A stretch of 38,917 nucleotides of DNA. It comes from a virus. The notes below the pieces were generated by a model, which saw only the letters and a list, made by a program, of their open reading frames with translations, was not told the origin of the DNA and made no database searches. The position numbers were made by a program, and so were the translations under genes. Location: the IMG/VR virus record IMGVR_UViG_3300045988_014907, one strand, 5' to 3'. This document shows, one piece after another, positions 15,833 to 24,421 of the stretch (within the stretch, counting starts at the first letter, position 1; each line of letters opens with the position of its first letter).

Positions 15833-17812
15833 ATGCTTGTACTTGCAGATGGGACGATTCTTGCAGTAGATGACTATTGCATAAAACAAAAATACAACGG
15901 CATCAATGAGCTGTCTTTCTCTTTCCCCGATGACATCAAGATCGTAAATGAGCAGAGCGTCCACGAAACCACGCGGAACCAGGCATATCTTGTCAAGATT
16001 GTCAATGGCAACAACATCACTTGTGAACTTGACCTTGATGAACTGCGTTCCGTTCAAACGGACTACGATGCGAGCGCAACACCGCACGATCATTTGTCGG
16101 CAGCTCTTACGTCTGTCGGATGGAATCTTGTTGATAACACCGGGGTTACAACGCGCAGGACGATTACCGGCGCTTTGACACCGATGGAGATTATCGAACA
16201 GGTGGAAGACACATGGGCCGGTGTGACCGCTATGTTTGACACAGCGACAAAGACCGTCACAATCCTTTGCCCGTCCGACAACAAGCCGCAATACGCTTTC
16301 TTGGCGGAAGAATTGAACCTTCGGCAGCTTGACATTGCAGGTGACAGTTCTTCCTTCTGCACACGTCTACGAGCGAAAGGTGCTGACGGAATGACTTTCG
16401 CCAGCATCAACAACGGCAAAGACTACGTTGAAAACTATACCTATTCCAACAGAATCATCTATGGCGTAGCTATCAGCGATGAACGCTTTACAAACAAAGA
16501 ATCCCTGCTTGAATATGCACAAGCCACGCTGGACGCAAATGCTGTCCCGGCTGTCAGCTATGAGTGCGATGTTGTGGACGTTGCTGCAATCGACAGCGAC
16601 TACAGCTTCCAGAAGTTGCAGATGCATAAGGCTGTGTGGCTGCTTGATAAGAAGTTCGAGACAAGAGTTGCGCATAGAATTGTTGAGTATTGCATCTATC
16701 CGAATGATGCAAGCAAAAACAAGGTCACTTTGTCAACTGTGATTCCGTCTTTGCAAGGATCTGTAAAATCTTTGCAAACTGCGATTTATGATCCGAACAG
16801 CGCAGTCCGGCAGCGGGAAACATCAGCAGTCGAGAACGCCACAAAGGCTATTACTGGCGCTTCTGGTGGGAATATCCGCTTTGTGTACGATGGCAACGGA
16901 AAGCCAATTGAGTTCCTTATCATGGATACTGACGATATTGCAACCGCTCAAAAGGTGTGGCGCTTCAATATTGGCGGCTTTGGCTTCAGCAGCAACGGTT
17001 ACAACGGGACATACGCAACAGCAATCACACAGGACGGTCATATTGTAGCTGATTTCATGGACGTTGGGACGCTTACGGCTGTACTTATCAAGTCACAGGA
17101 TGGGAAAAGCAAGTGGAATCTAAGCACGGGAGATATGGAGCTGTTCAACACAAAACTATCCACAATCGGAAGCGGCGCAACATATCAGAATTCGGACTAT
17201 TCACAGGCCGATCTTGACCGCATCGGGCAAATCAACATCAAGGCTGTCACGCCTACACTGGTGGACTATGAAAAGCTGGACGTAAACGGGGACGGCACAA
17301 TTAGTATCACTGATACCGTACAGATTCAACAGATCATCGCAGGTACGCGCACTGTCAATTTTACTACGCGATGGGCGATGCGGCTTGATCCTTCTGACGG
17401 TGATAACCTGCTGAAAATATACCGTGTGTACCACAACAACACCACCGGAGCCGACACAGAAAACGTTGTTTTTTCCGTTGGGTTTGGGAGAGCCTTAGCA
17501 AATACTCTCGAAGCGCAGTATGGGGACATTGAAAAAGACTTGTCCGTTGGCGGATCAGTAGATGCTTCAGGCTATAAGATCAACGGTGCAGCTGTTACGT
17601 TTCCGGCACAAAAGACCATTGGTTATGTAGTTTATTGCACTGGCGGCAGTAATAACAAGGCCAGCTGCTTTATACCGTCAGGCGTATCGGGGTCATTCCA
17701 GTGTGCATCCAATGATTGGTATTGCGCATTTAACTTTGACGGCAGCGGCAACGTTACAAAGACCGGCGGAACCGGAAGTGTTGCGTCCGTCTCCGAAGTG
17801 AAAAACTTTTAA
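15833..17812 (+). CDS. Tail-associated protein (Tal / prophage tail endopeptidase-type minor structural protein) with a dockerin-like Ca-binding repeat
   Basis: 659 aa, positioned after Dit. Contains LDVNGDGTISITDTVQIQQIIAG at 17276-17343. Confidence 0.7.
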   Translation: MLVLADGTILAVDDYCIKQKYNGINELSFSFPDDIKIVNEQSVHETTRNQAYLVKIVNGNNITCELDLDELRSVQTDYDASATPHDHLSAALTSVGWNLVDNTGVTTRRTITGALTPMEIIEQVEDTWAGVTAMFDTATKTVTILCPSDNKPQYAFLAEELNLRQLDIAGDSSSFCTRLRAKGADGMTFASINNGKDYVENYTYSNRIIYGVAISDERFTNKESLLEYAQATLDANAVPAVSYECDVVDVAAIDSDYSFQKLQMHKAVWLLDKKFETRVAHRIVEYCIYPNDASKNKVTLSTVIPSLQGSVKSLQTAIYDPNSAVRQRETSAVENATKAITGASGGNIRFVYDGNGKPIEFLIMDTDDIATAQKVWRFNIGGFGFSSNGYNGTYATAITQDGHIVADFMDVGTLTAVLIKSQDGKSKWNLSTGDMELFNTKLSTIGSGATYQNSDYSQADLDRIGQINIKAVTPTLVDYEKLDVNGDGTISITDTVQIQQIIAGTRTVNFTTRWAMRLDPSDGDNLLKIYRVYHNNTTGADTENVVFSVGFGRALANTLEAQYGDIEKDLSVGGSVDASGYKINGAAVTFPAQKTIGYVVYCTGGSNNKASCFIPSGVSGSFQCASNDWYCAFNFDGSGNVTKTGGTGSVASVSEVKNF

Positions 17813-17825
17813 GAGGTGATATTGA

Positions 17826-19367
17826 ATGAGCGTCAATCAAGCGGTAAACCTTAATCTTTCCACCGACATTGTGCCGCCCGTCCTGAAGATGGTGCAGAAT
17901 GACAGCAACAGCCGTTACATTGTAGCTTCCTTGTGGGACGGCGCAAGCGCATACGATGTTGGTTCTGCAAGTGTTATGATGCGTTTCGCGAAGCCTGATG
18001 GTACAGGCGGAATGTATGACGCAGATGAAGCGGGAAATGCTGTTAGCGTTGACGGAAATGTTGTCACAATTCCCGTTGCCACGCAAGTCCTTACCGTTGC
18101 AGGTGATGTGTTTGCACAGGTCGATATTTACGGATCGAGCAACAGCAAACTCGCTTCTTTTGCATTCAAGATTGATGTTGCTGCATCCGTGTATCCTGAT
18201 GCGCAAATCATATCGAGCGATTACTATAATATTTTGACAGCCACTATTGCAAACGCCGTGACTGCGGCGCAGAACGCAGCGGCAAGCGCAACGGCTGCGG
18301 CCCAGAGCGCGGATAGCGCTGCGGCATCGGTTGACGGTGCCGTCAAGTATAACGCACCGCAAACCCTAACAGATGCGCAGAAGCAGCAGGCACGGGACAA
18401 CATCAATGCGTCGGCGCCGTATACGGCCGGGGAGAACATCTCCATCAGCGGCAGCGTCATCGCTACCAAGGCGTTTCCGTGCAACCCGAACCTGCTGGTC
18501 AACTGGTACTTTGGCAATCCCGTGAATCAGCGGGGACAGACCAGCTACCCCGGCGGTGCATATGCCATCGACCGGTGGCTCCCCAGCAGCGGCAACACAA
18601 GTCTGGTCGTCAAGGATGGTTTCCTCACGGTAACAACGCGGACGGACGGCGCGGCGGTAGATCAGATTCAGGAGTTTCCATACCCGCCCGGCACAGTGCT
18701 GACGCTCTCTGCGCTGATGCGCTGCACAACGGCGAACGCGGGACTTCAATGCAGATTTGGCAAGGATGGTACAGCCACGGACTACTCTGAAACCGTCACG
18801 CTTACGGGTACGGGTGACTGGGAGCTGGTCACGCTGCCGCTTACCATTCCGAGCGGGATCGGAGCGGTTCTCCAGAGTCCGCGCTTCCGCGGGACAGCTG
18901 CCGGTATAACGTATGACATCAAGGCCATCAAGCTGGAGCTTGGCACCCAGCAGACGCTGGCCCATCAGGAGAACGGCGTGTGGGTACTCAATGAGATCCC
19001 GGATCACAGCGAGCAGTACCGGCGCTGTTTGCGGTACTTTCAGTCCATCCAAGGGAAGAATTTCCCTATTTTTGCGGGCGAGGTTGGCGCAACTGGACGT
19101 TTGTACTTTACCGTTCCGCTCATAGAGCCGATGCGCAGCGGCGTCACTGTTGCGGATGTAGCAGCGTCAGACATCTATACGACAGCCGGGCGCGCAAAGC
19201 TGATCGATGCACCGGGCTACGGGGTGTGGGCGCAGCATCTCAATACCGTCACGATATGGACGGCAAAGAACAGCGTAAAGGACTACACCACCGATGCGGA
19301 TATCGCGGGCGCGGGCGCGGTGTGTATGGCGACGCTGAATCTGTCGGCGGAGTTGTCCGGCGTATAA
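17826..19367 (+). CDS. BppU-type baseplate/receptor-binding protein (tail fibre)
   Basis: N-terminal BppU_N-like pattern, an Ala-rich coiled coil, the KYNAPQTLTDAQKQQARDNINA collar motif, and a ~300-aa distal domain. Confidence 0.65.
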   Translation: MSVNQAVNLNLSTDIVPPVLKMVQNDSNSRYIVASLWDGASAYDVGSASVMMRFAKPDGTGGMYDADEAGNAVSVDGNVVTIPVATQVLTVAGDVFAQVDIYGSSNSKLASFAFKIDVAASVYPDAQIISSDYYNILTATIANAVTAAQNAAASATAAAQSADSAAASVDGAVKYNAPQTLTDAQKQQARDNINASAPYTAGENISISGSVIATKAFPCNPNLLVNWYFGNPVNQRGQTSYPGGAYAIDRWLPSSGNTSLVVKDGFLTVTTRTDGAAVDQIQEFPYPPGTVLTLSALMRCTTANAGLQCRFGKDGTATDYSETVTLTGTGDWELVTLPLTIPSGIGAVLQSPRFRGTAAGITYDIKAIKLELGTQQTLAHQENGVWVLNEIPDHSEQYRRCLRYFQSIQGKNFPIFAGEVGATGRLYFTVPLIEPMRSGVTVADVAASDIYTTAGRAKLIDAPGYGVWAQHLNTVTIWTAKNSVKDYTTDADIAGAGAVCMATLNLSAELSGV

Positions 19368-19379
19368 GGAGGTGACCTG

Positions 19380-19709
19380 ATGGAAGCATGGACGAATGTC
19401 GGCGTGCCACTCCTTGTGGCGCTGCTGACCTCTACGGCGCTGTGGGGCGTGGTGAGCAAGGTGATCCTCAAGCGGATGGAGCTGGCGGCCAAGCGCAGCA
19501 AGGCAGACGAGTCGGAGCGGAAGATGCTGGTGGGACTGGCTCACGACCGCATCATTCACCTTGGCATGGTGTACATCGAGCGGGGCTACGTCACGCAGGA
19601 CGAGTACGAGAATTTGCAGGTGTACCTCTACGAGCCGTATGAGGAGATGGGCGGCAACGGCAGCGCACGGCGCGTCATGGAGGAAGTGCGGAAGCTGCCC
19701 ATACGGTGA
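19380..19709 (+). CDS. Membrane protein of the lysis cassette (single N-terminal TM)
   Basis: TM segment VGVPLLVALLTSTALWGVV. SD is AAGGAGGTG. Lies directly upstream of the holin gene. Confidence 0.55.
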   Translation: MEAWTNVGVPLLVALLTSTALWGVVSKVILKRMELAAKRSKADESERKMLVGLAHDRIIHLGMVYIERGYVTQDEYENLQVYLYEPYEEMGGNGSARRVMEEVRKLPIR

Positions 19710-19752
19710 GGCATAAAATGGAACAGGCCGACAGGCCGGAAAGGAATTTGTT

Positions 19753-19968
19753 ATGAAGCTGAACAACAAGGTATACGACATTATGAAATGGCTGGTCATC
19801 ATCGTCATGCCTGCCGTGGCCACGCTGTACGCGGCGCTGGCGGCGGTGTGGGCGTGGCCCTACGCAGACGAGGTGGTGACCACCATCACCGCCGTGGACA
19901 CGTTCCTCGGCGCGGTGCTGTGCATCAGCACGGCGCAGTATCACAAGGAAAACAAGCTGGAGGTGTGA
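19753..19968 (+). CDS. Holin (Dp-1-like family)
   Basis: 71 aa with two TM segments. KVYDIMKWLVIIVMPAVATLYAALAAVW matches the pattern of Dp-1-type holins. Adjacent to the endolysin gene. Confidence 0.7.
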   Translation: MKLNNKVYDIMKWLVIIVMPAVATLYAALAAVWAWPYADEVVTTITAVDTFLGAVLCISTAQYHKENKLEV

Positions 19969-19971
19969 GCC

Positions 19972-20790
19972 ATGCCGACGGTACAGGCTGTGGTGGCGCT
20001 GCTGGAGGGCGAGCGGGGCTATCTGGAAAAGAAGTCCAACGCCCAGCTGGACAGCAAAACCGCCAACGCGGGGTATAACAACTACACCAAGTATACGCGG
20101 GATATCGACGCGGCGGACATCAACGACGCACGGTATCAGGGACAGGCGTGGTGCTGCAGTCTGGCGATCTGGCCGGAGCTGCACCTGTCTGGCGCGGCAG
20201 AGGCGCGGGAGCGGTTCTACCTGCCGGTGCCGTCCAAGTGTAAGGCGTACAACTGCGAGTGGCTGGCGGGGTATTTCCGCAGCGCCGGTGCGTGGTACGC
20301 GGAGCCGCAAGTGGGAGACTTCATCTTCTTCCGCACGGCACGGTACAGCTACGCCCATGTGGGCCGCGTGGTGGCCGTGGAGGGCAACACCGTGTATACC
20401 ATCGAGGGCAACACCTCCGGCGCAGACGGCGTGGTAGCCAACGGCGGCGGGGTGTTTCGCAAGTCGTACCAGCGGGGGTCGTGGAACATCGTGGGCTACG
20501 GCCGCCCGAAGTGGAAGGAAGGCGAGCGGGACGATCCCGCAGAGGCGAAGGAGGATGAGGAGAAGTTGGATATGCAGGTACGGATGCTGCGCCGCGGCAT
20601 GAAGGGCGCGGACGTGAAGACTCTGCAAGCGGCGCTGATCGCCTACGGATTCTCCTGCGGTGCGGCCGGTGCGGACGGCGACTTCGGCAGCGGCACGGAG
20701 ACGGCGCTGAAGAAGTTCCAGACCAAGTACGGCCTCGGCGCTGACGGTATCGCCGGAAAGGGGACTTGGGGCAAGCTGCTGGGGCAGTAA
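19972..20790 (+). CDS. Endolysin: CHAP amidase/peptidase domain plus PG_binding_1 domain
   Basis: CHAP-like Cys (GQAWCCS) and His (YAHVGRVV...TIEGNTS). C-terminal GADVKTLQAALIAYGF...DGDFGSGTETALKKFQ...GLGADGIAG. Confidence 0.85.
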   Translation: MPTVQAVVALLEGERGYLEKKSNAQLDSKTANAGYNNYTKYTRDIDAADINDARYQGQAWCCSLAIWPELHLSGAAEARERFYLPVPSKCKAYNCEWLAGYFRSAGAWYAEPQVGDFIFFRTARYSYAHVGRVVAVEGNTVYTIEGNTSGADGVVANGGGVFRKSYQRGSWNIVGYGRPKWKEGERDDPAEAKEDEEKLDMQVRMLRRGMKGADVKTLQAALIAYGFSCGAAGADGDFGSGTETALKKFQTKYGLGADGIAGKGTWGKLLGQ

Positions 20791-20863
20791 GGAAATCGTT
20801 TTTTTTATGTGAAGAGAGCGACACATTTACGGATCCAAAACTCTGGACGAAACAGGGATAACG

Positions 20864-21160
20864 ATGCGCCGACCCCTGCTTCCGCCAAAGCTCCGCAAGT
20901 CCACGGCGAATATGATCGCCATGAATACAACTTACCGAGACATCCGCGCAAGACTGCGCAGTATGTCCCCGCAACGCGCCATTGATTACGTTGCCGCGCT
21001 TGAGCTTCCGGGAGACGAGGCGTTTTGCATCATCGCGTGCGACGTTAAGCAACAATCCCGCCAGCAGGTGGCAAACAGGCTGTTTTCATCGGTCGAGTAT
21101 GTCAAGAAGTGCCGCCGCAACGGTTACCAAAAGATTGCCGACCATATCAAAAACCCATAA
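20864..21160 (+). CDS. Sigma-70 region-4-like HTH protein (start uncertain)
   Basis: The C-terminal part QQSRQQVANRLFSSVEYVKKCRRNGYQKIADHI resembles a sigma r4/LuxR-type HTH. Followed by a strong terminator. Confidence 0.45.
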   Translation: MRRPLLPPKLRKSTANMIAMNTTYRDIRARLRSMSPQRAIDYVAALELPGDEAFCIIACDVKQQSRQQVANRLFSSVEYVKKCRRNGYQKIADHIKNP

Positions 21161-21168
21161 AGTAAAGA

Positions 21169-21210
21169 CCCAACAAAGACCTTTTTCAGGCTCTTTGTTG
21201 GGCCTTTTTT
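21169..21210 (+). terminator. Rho-independent terminator
   Basis: 11-bp stem cccaacaaaga / tctttgttggg followed by ccttttttgttg. Confidence 0.8.
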
Positions 21211-21244
21211 GTTGTATGTTGTGAGATATACAGGGGGTGTCGAA

Positions 21245-21394
21245 ATGAGTGTAATGGAGCGGCTGTTGACGTGCGGGTATACGGCGGATATGGCGCGGGA
21301 TATATGCGACCAATACGGAGCGGACTTTGCTGGATTGCTTTTCCTTGTGCGCATCGTGGAGCTTTTCCACGACGATAGGCGCGAATATGTATAG
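21245..21394 (+). CDS. Small hypothetical protein (49 aa)
   Basis: ATG lies after AGGGGGTG. Overlaps the next ORF. Confidence 0.45.
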   Translation: MSVMERLLTCGYTADMARDICDQYGADFAGLLFLVRIVELFHDDRREYV

Positions 21395-21770
21395 CTACTA
21401 CAATGAAAACCCACGAGGTAAAAACGTAGGCGACTGTACCGTCAGAGCCATATCAAAAGCAACTGGCAAGGACTGGGGTGAGACGTACCTCCGGCTTTGC
21501 GTACAAGGATATCTTGACGGGGATATGCCGTCGGCTAATTCCTGCTGGGGCGCTTATCTTCGGTCGGTAGGTTTCCAACGGTACATCGTGCCGGATACCT
21601 GTCCTGATTGTTACACAGTTGGCCGTTTTGCCGATGAGCACCCATTTGGAACGTATATTCTCGCGCTCTCCGGTCATGTCGTGTGTGTACAAGATGGTGT
21701 TTTATATGACAGCTGGGACAGCAGCAACGAAACAGTTTTGTATTATTGGGAAAGGACGGATGAAGCATGA
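21387..21770 (+). CDS. Hypothetical protein with a papain-like Cys/His/Asp arrangement
   Basis: GKNVGDCTVRAIS (candidate nucleophile) and LSGHVVCVQDGVLYDSWD (His/Asp). The fold assignment is inference. Confidence 0.45.
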   Translation: MYSYYNENPRGKNVGDCTVRAISKATGKDWGETYLRLCVQGYLDGDMPSANSCWGAYLRSVGFQRYIVPDTCPDCYTVGRFADEHPFGTYILALSGHVVCVQDGVLYDSWDSSNETVLYYWERTDEA

Positions 21771-22177
21771 ACTACCCATACTACGGAAACCCCTATATGC
21801 CGCCGATGCAGGACAATCTCGCCCAGCTGAGGCAGCAGCAGATGCAGGCCATTCCTCCGATGCCGCAAAATCCCCTGCCGCAGAGCGGCGTGCAGTGGGT
21901 ATCCGGCGAACAGGAGGCAAGAAGCTGGATGGTCGCTCCCAATGCGGCGGTGGCGCTGTGGGATTCAACGGCGCCCACGGTGTATCTGAAACAGGCCGAT
22001 GCAAGCGGCAAGCCGACGCTCAAGGTGTATGACCTCGTGGAGCGGCTTGCAAGCGCGCCTGACGCGCAGAAAGCGCCCGCTGCTGAATATGTGACCCGTA
22101 AGGAGTTTGACGCGCTGGCGGCGCTTGTGAGTGAAATGAAGGGCAAGAAGCGCAAGGAGGAAAAGAGCGATGAATAA
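21767..22177 (+). CDS. Hypothetical protein with a Pro/Gln-rich N-terminus
   Basis: 136-aa ORF with an ATGA overlap to the upstream gene. Confidence 0.55.
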   Translation: MNYPYYGNPYMPPMQDNLAQLRQQQMQAIPPMPQNPLPQSGVQWVSGEQEARSWMVAPNAAVALWDSTAPTVYLKQADASGKPTLKVYDLVERLASAPDAQKAPAAEYVTRKEFDALAALVSEMKGKKRKEEKSDE

Positions 22178-22370
22178 TCCGTTTTTCGGTGCAATGGGCG
22201 GCGGCAACGGCTTTATGCAGATGGTGCAGCAGTTCAAGCAGTTCAAGGCGAATTTCCAGGGCGACCCAAAAGCAGAGGTGGAGAAGCTTTTGCAGAGCGG
22301 CAAGCTCACGCAGCAGCAGTTGAACCAGCTCCAGCAGATGGCGAAGCAATTTCAAAGTCTGATGGGATAA
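22170..22370 (+). CDS. Small Gln-rich hypothetical protein
   Basis: 66-aa ORF that overlaps the upstream gene. Confidence 0.5.
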   Translation: MNNPFFGAMGGGNGFMQMVQQFKQFKANFQGDPKAEVEKLLQSGKLTQQQLNQLQQMAKQFQSLMG

Positions 22371-22396
22371 GCAAAGTCTAAGCAAAGGCTTAGCAA

Positions 22397-22429
22397 AAAC
22401 ATAAGACGAAACATAAGACGAAACATAAC
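22397..22429. repeat. 12-nt tandem repeat aaacataagacg x2.75
   Basis: Copies at 22397-22408 and 22409-22420, plus a partial copy at 22421-22429. Preceded by three copies of taagcaaag-like 11-nt units (22368-22398). Confidence 0.9.
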
Positions 22430-22436
22430 TTGTTTC

Positions 22437-22464
22437 TTGATCGTGGCCGCGATTTAGATAAATT
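22437..22464 (+). promoter_or_regulatory. Candidate sigma-70-type promoter of the cargo cassette
   Basis: TTGATC, 16-nt spacer, TAAATT, about 25 nt upstream of the AAAGGAG SD of the 22489 gene. Confidence 0.3.
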
Positions 22465-22488
22465 ACATCAATAAAAAGGAGTGATACT

Positions 22489-23184
22489 ATGTCTCTTTCC
22501 GAGGGTATGCCCACCATGACCATGCCTGTGACCCCTGCCAATGGCAGCGGTAACGGCTTTGGCTTTGGCGGTGACGGCGCGTGGTTCCTTATCATCCTGT
22601 TCCTGTTCGCGTTCTGCGGCTGGGGCGGCAATGGCTGGGGCAACAACGCTGGCAATTCCGGCGGTGTGGTGGACGGCTATGTGCTGGCCTCCGACTTCTC
22701 CAATATCGAGCGCAAGATGGATCTCATCAACGGCGGGCTGTGCGACGGCTTCTATGCCGTGAACAACACGCTGTTGACCGGCTTCGGCAATGCCGAGCTG
22801 TCCCGCGCCAACCAGCAGGCCGCACTGATGCAGCAGCTCAGCGCTATGCAGATGCAGGCGGCAAACTGCTGCTGCGAGAACAGAGCCGCCATTGCGCAGG
22901 TGCGCTACGACATGGCGACGCAGGCGTGTGACACGCGGAACACTGTGCAGAACGCCACCCGCGACATCGTGGAGAATCAGAACGCCAACAGCCGCGCCAT
23001 CCTGGACTTCCTGACCAACTCCAAGATGCGCGATCTGGAGAGCGCAAATCAGGAGCTGCGTCTGGCCGCGTCTCAGGCGGCGCAGAACAACTACCTGATC
23101 TCCCAGCTGCGGCCTACGCCCATCCCGGCGTATGCATCCTGCAACCCGTGGGCTGGCAGCTACACCGGCTGCTCCGGCTGTTGA
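22489..23184 (+). CDS. Membrane protein: Gly-rich N-terminus, one TM, coiled-coil/Cys-cluster ectodomain, Cys-rich C-terminus
   Basis: Contains GSGNGFGFGGDGAWFLIILFLFAFCGWGGNGWG, a CCCE cluster, and ends CNPWAGSYTGCSGC. SD is AAAGGAG. Confidence 0.7.
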   Translation: MSLSEGMPTMTMPVTPANGSGNGFGFGGDGAWFLIILFLFAFCGWGGNGWGNNAGNSGGVVDGYVLASDFSNIERKMDLINGGLCDGFYAVNNTLLTGFGNAELSRANQQAALMQQLSAMQMQAANCCCENRAAIAQVRYDMATQACDTRNTVQNATRDIVENQNANSRAILDFLTNSKMRDLESANQELRLAASQAAQNNYLISQLRPTPIPAYASCNPWAGSYTGCSGC

Positions 23185-23241
23185 CAACTGCGCGGCGGGG
23201 CAATAGCTCCGCCGTCTGCATTTTTGAAAGGAGTGAGTATT

Positions 23242-23664
23242 TTGGCTGAGTATACCAATACAAACATCGTTTCTGTTCCTGCCGGACAGAATGTGCCGCT
23301 GACGGAAACTGCCGTTGCGGGCAAGTCCTGCATCGTACACCGCGAGGGCAGCGGGCAGGTGTTCCTGCGCGGCCTGACAAACCAGTGTAAGGCACGGTTT
23401 CGCGTGTCCTTCGGCGGAAACATTGCCATCCCCACCGGTGGCACGGTGGGCGCAATCTCCGCCGCGCTGGCTATCAACGGAGAGCCGCTGACCAGCGCCG
23501 TGGCAACGGTAACGCCCGCCGCCGTAGAGAACTATTTCAATATCTTCGTCGCTGCCAACGTGGACGTGCCGAAGGGCTGCTGCGTAACGGTGGCGATGGA
23601 GAACACCAGCGCTCAGGCGATCAGTTTTGCCAATATCAACATGATCGTGGAGCGCGTCTGCTGA
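23242..23664 (+). CDS. Small all-beta (possibly C1q/TNF/BclA-C-terminal-like jelly-roll) protein
   Basis: TTG start 8 nt after AAAGGAG gives MAEYTNTNIV... The sequence alternates in a beta-rich pattern. The fold is inference. Confidence 0.55.
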   Translation: MAEYTNTNIVSVPAGQNVPLTETAVAGKSCIVHREGSGQVFLRGLTNQCKARFRVSFGGNIAIPTGGTVGAISAALAINGEPLTSAVATVTPAAVENYFNIFVAANVDVPKGCCVTVAMENTSAQAISFANINMIVERVC

Positions 23665-23676
23665 AGGAGGTAAAGC

Positions 23677-24066
23677 ATGAGCATGAAATCTATGTATGAG
23701 CTGCGCGATATGCTTTGCGATGAGCTGGACGAAATTGCCAGAAAGGGTGAGCTTGGCGCAGGTGACCTGGATATCGCGCACAAACTGGCAAGCACCATCA
23801 AAAATCTGGATAAAATTGAGGCAATGGAAGGTGGCGGCTATTCCAGAGCTGGGTATCAGCCGCGTCGGTATCCGCACGATGAGTACGGAGGTGGTAGCTC
23901 CTACGCAAGAAGCCGAAAGCATTATGTCCGGGGTCATTACAGCCGCGACAGCGCACGCGACGGAATGAGACGGCAGTTGCAGGATATGCTGGATAGCGCA
24001 GACGATGACACCATCCGAAGCGCCATTCAGCGCTGCATGGACGTGCTGGAGGACGAAAGGGGGTAA
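23677..24066 (+). CDS. Hypothetical protein with a central Arg/Tyr/Gly/Ser-rich disordered segment
   Basis: SD is GGAGG. Helical ends flank GGGYSRAGYQPRRYPHDEYGGGSSYARSRKHYVRGHYSRDSARD. Confidence 0.6.
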   Translation: MSMKSMYELRDMLCDELDEIARKGELGAGDLDIAHKLASTIKNLDKIEAMEGGGYSRAGYQPRRYPHDEYGGGSSYARSRKHYVRGHYSRDSARDGMRRQLQDMLDSADDDTIRSAIQRCMDVLEDERG

Positions 24067-24073
24067 ACACCCC

Positions 24074-24388
24074 ATGATTGATGAGACCGAGATCAAAAGG
24101 TGGATAGCGCGGTTAGAAACCGAAGAGTCCAGCTGGACAAACTATGAACGCCTTGCCGTGCTGTATACGGTGCTTAACCAGCAAAACGACGTTAACAACA
24201 AAATGTCGCCAATGCTGTATTCCGCCGCTCCTGCACCGGTTGAAGTTTTCGGCGACAGCGACTTTCTGCGGGCCGTATCAGCTGTTGAGCCAAGTGTGGC
24301 ATGGGCGGTTATGGACGAACTGATGGACAGTTTGAAAGTTGTTAACGAGCGCGTCTACAACAGCGTCATGCGTAAACTCGATAGGTAA
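24074..24388 (+). CDS. Hypothetical protein (last gene of the cargo cassette)
   Basis: 104-aa ORF followed directly by a strong terminator. Confidence 0.55.
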   Translation: MIDETEIKRWIARLETEESSWTNYERLAVLYTVLNQQNDVNNKMSPMLYSAAPAPVEVFGDSDFLRAVSAVEPSVAWAVMDELMDSLKVVNERVYNSVMRKLDR

Positions 24389-24421
24389 AAAATCCCCCGT
24401 CATTTACGGCGGGGGATTTTT
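24387..24421. terminator. Bidirectional intrinsic terminator between the convergent cargo and integrase genes
   Basis: aaaaaatcccccg ... cgggggattttt: a GC stem flanked by an A-run and a T-run. Confidence 0.8.

Noticed and set aside
22468-24096. 542-aa ORF on the minus strand. Similar long antisense ORFs occur at 12023-13300, 35758-36927, 19675-20826, 13398-14405, 3372-4364, 36943-37875 and 10356-11231.
   Set aside because: Each lies antisense to well-supported plus-strand genes that have SDs, coupled starts and stops, and recognisable motifs. Their translations are Arg/Pro/His/Cys-rich and low in Lys/Glu/Asp balance, as expected for spurious open frames opposite GC-rich coding DNA. None has a convincing SD.
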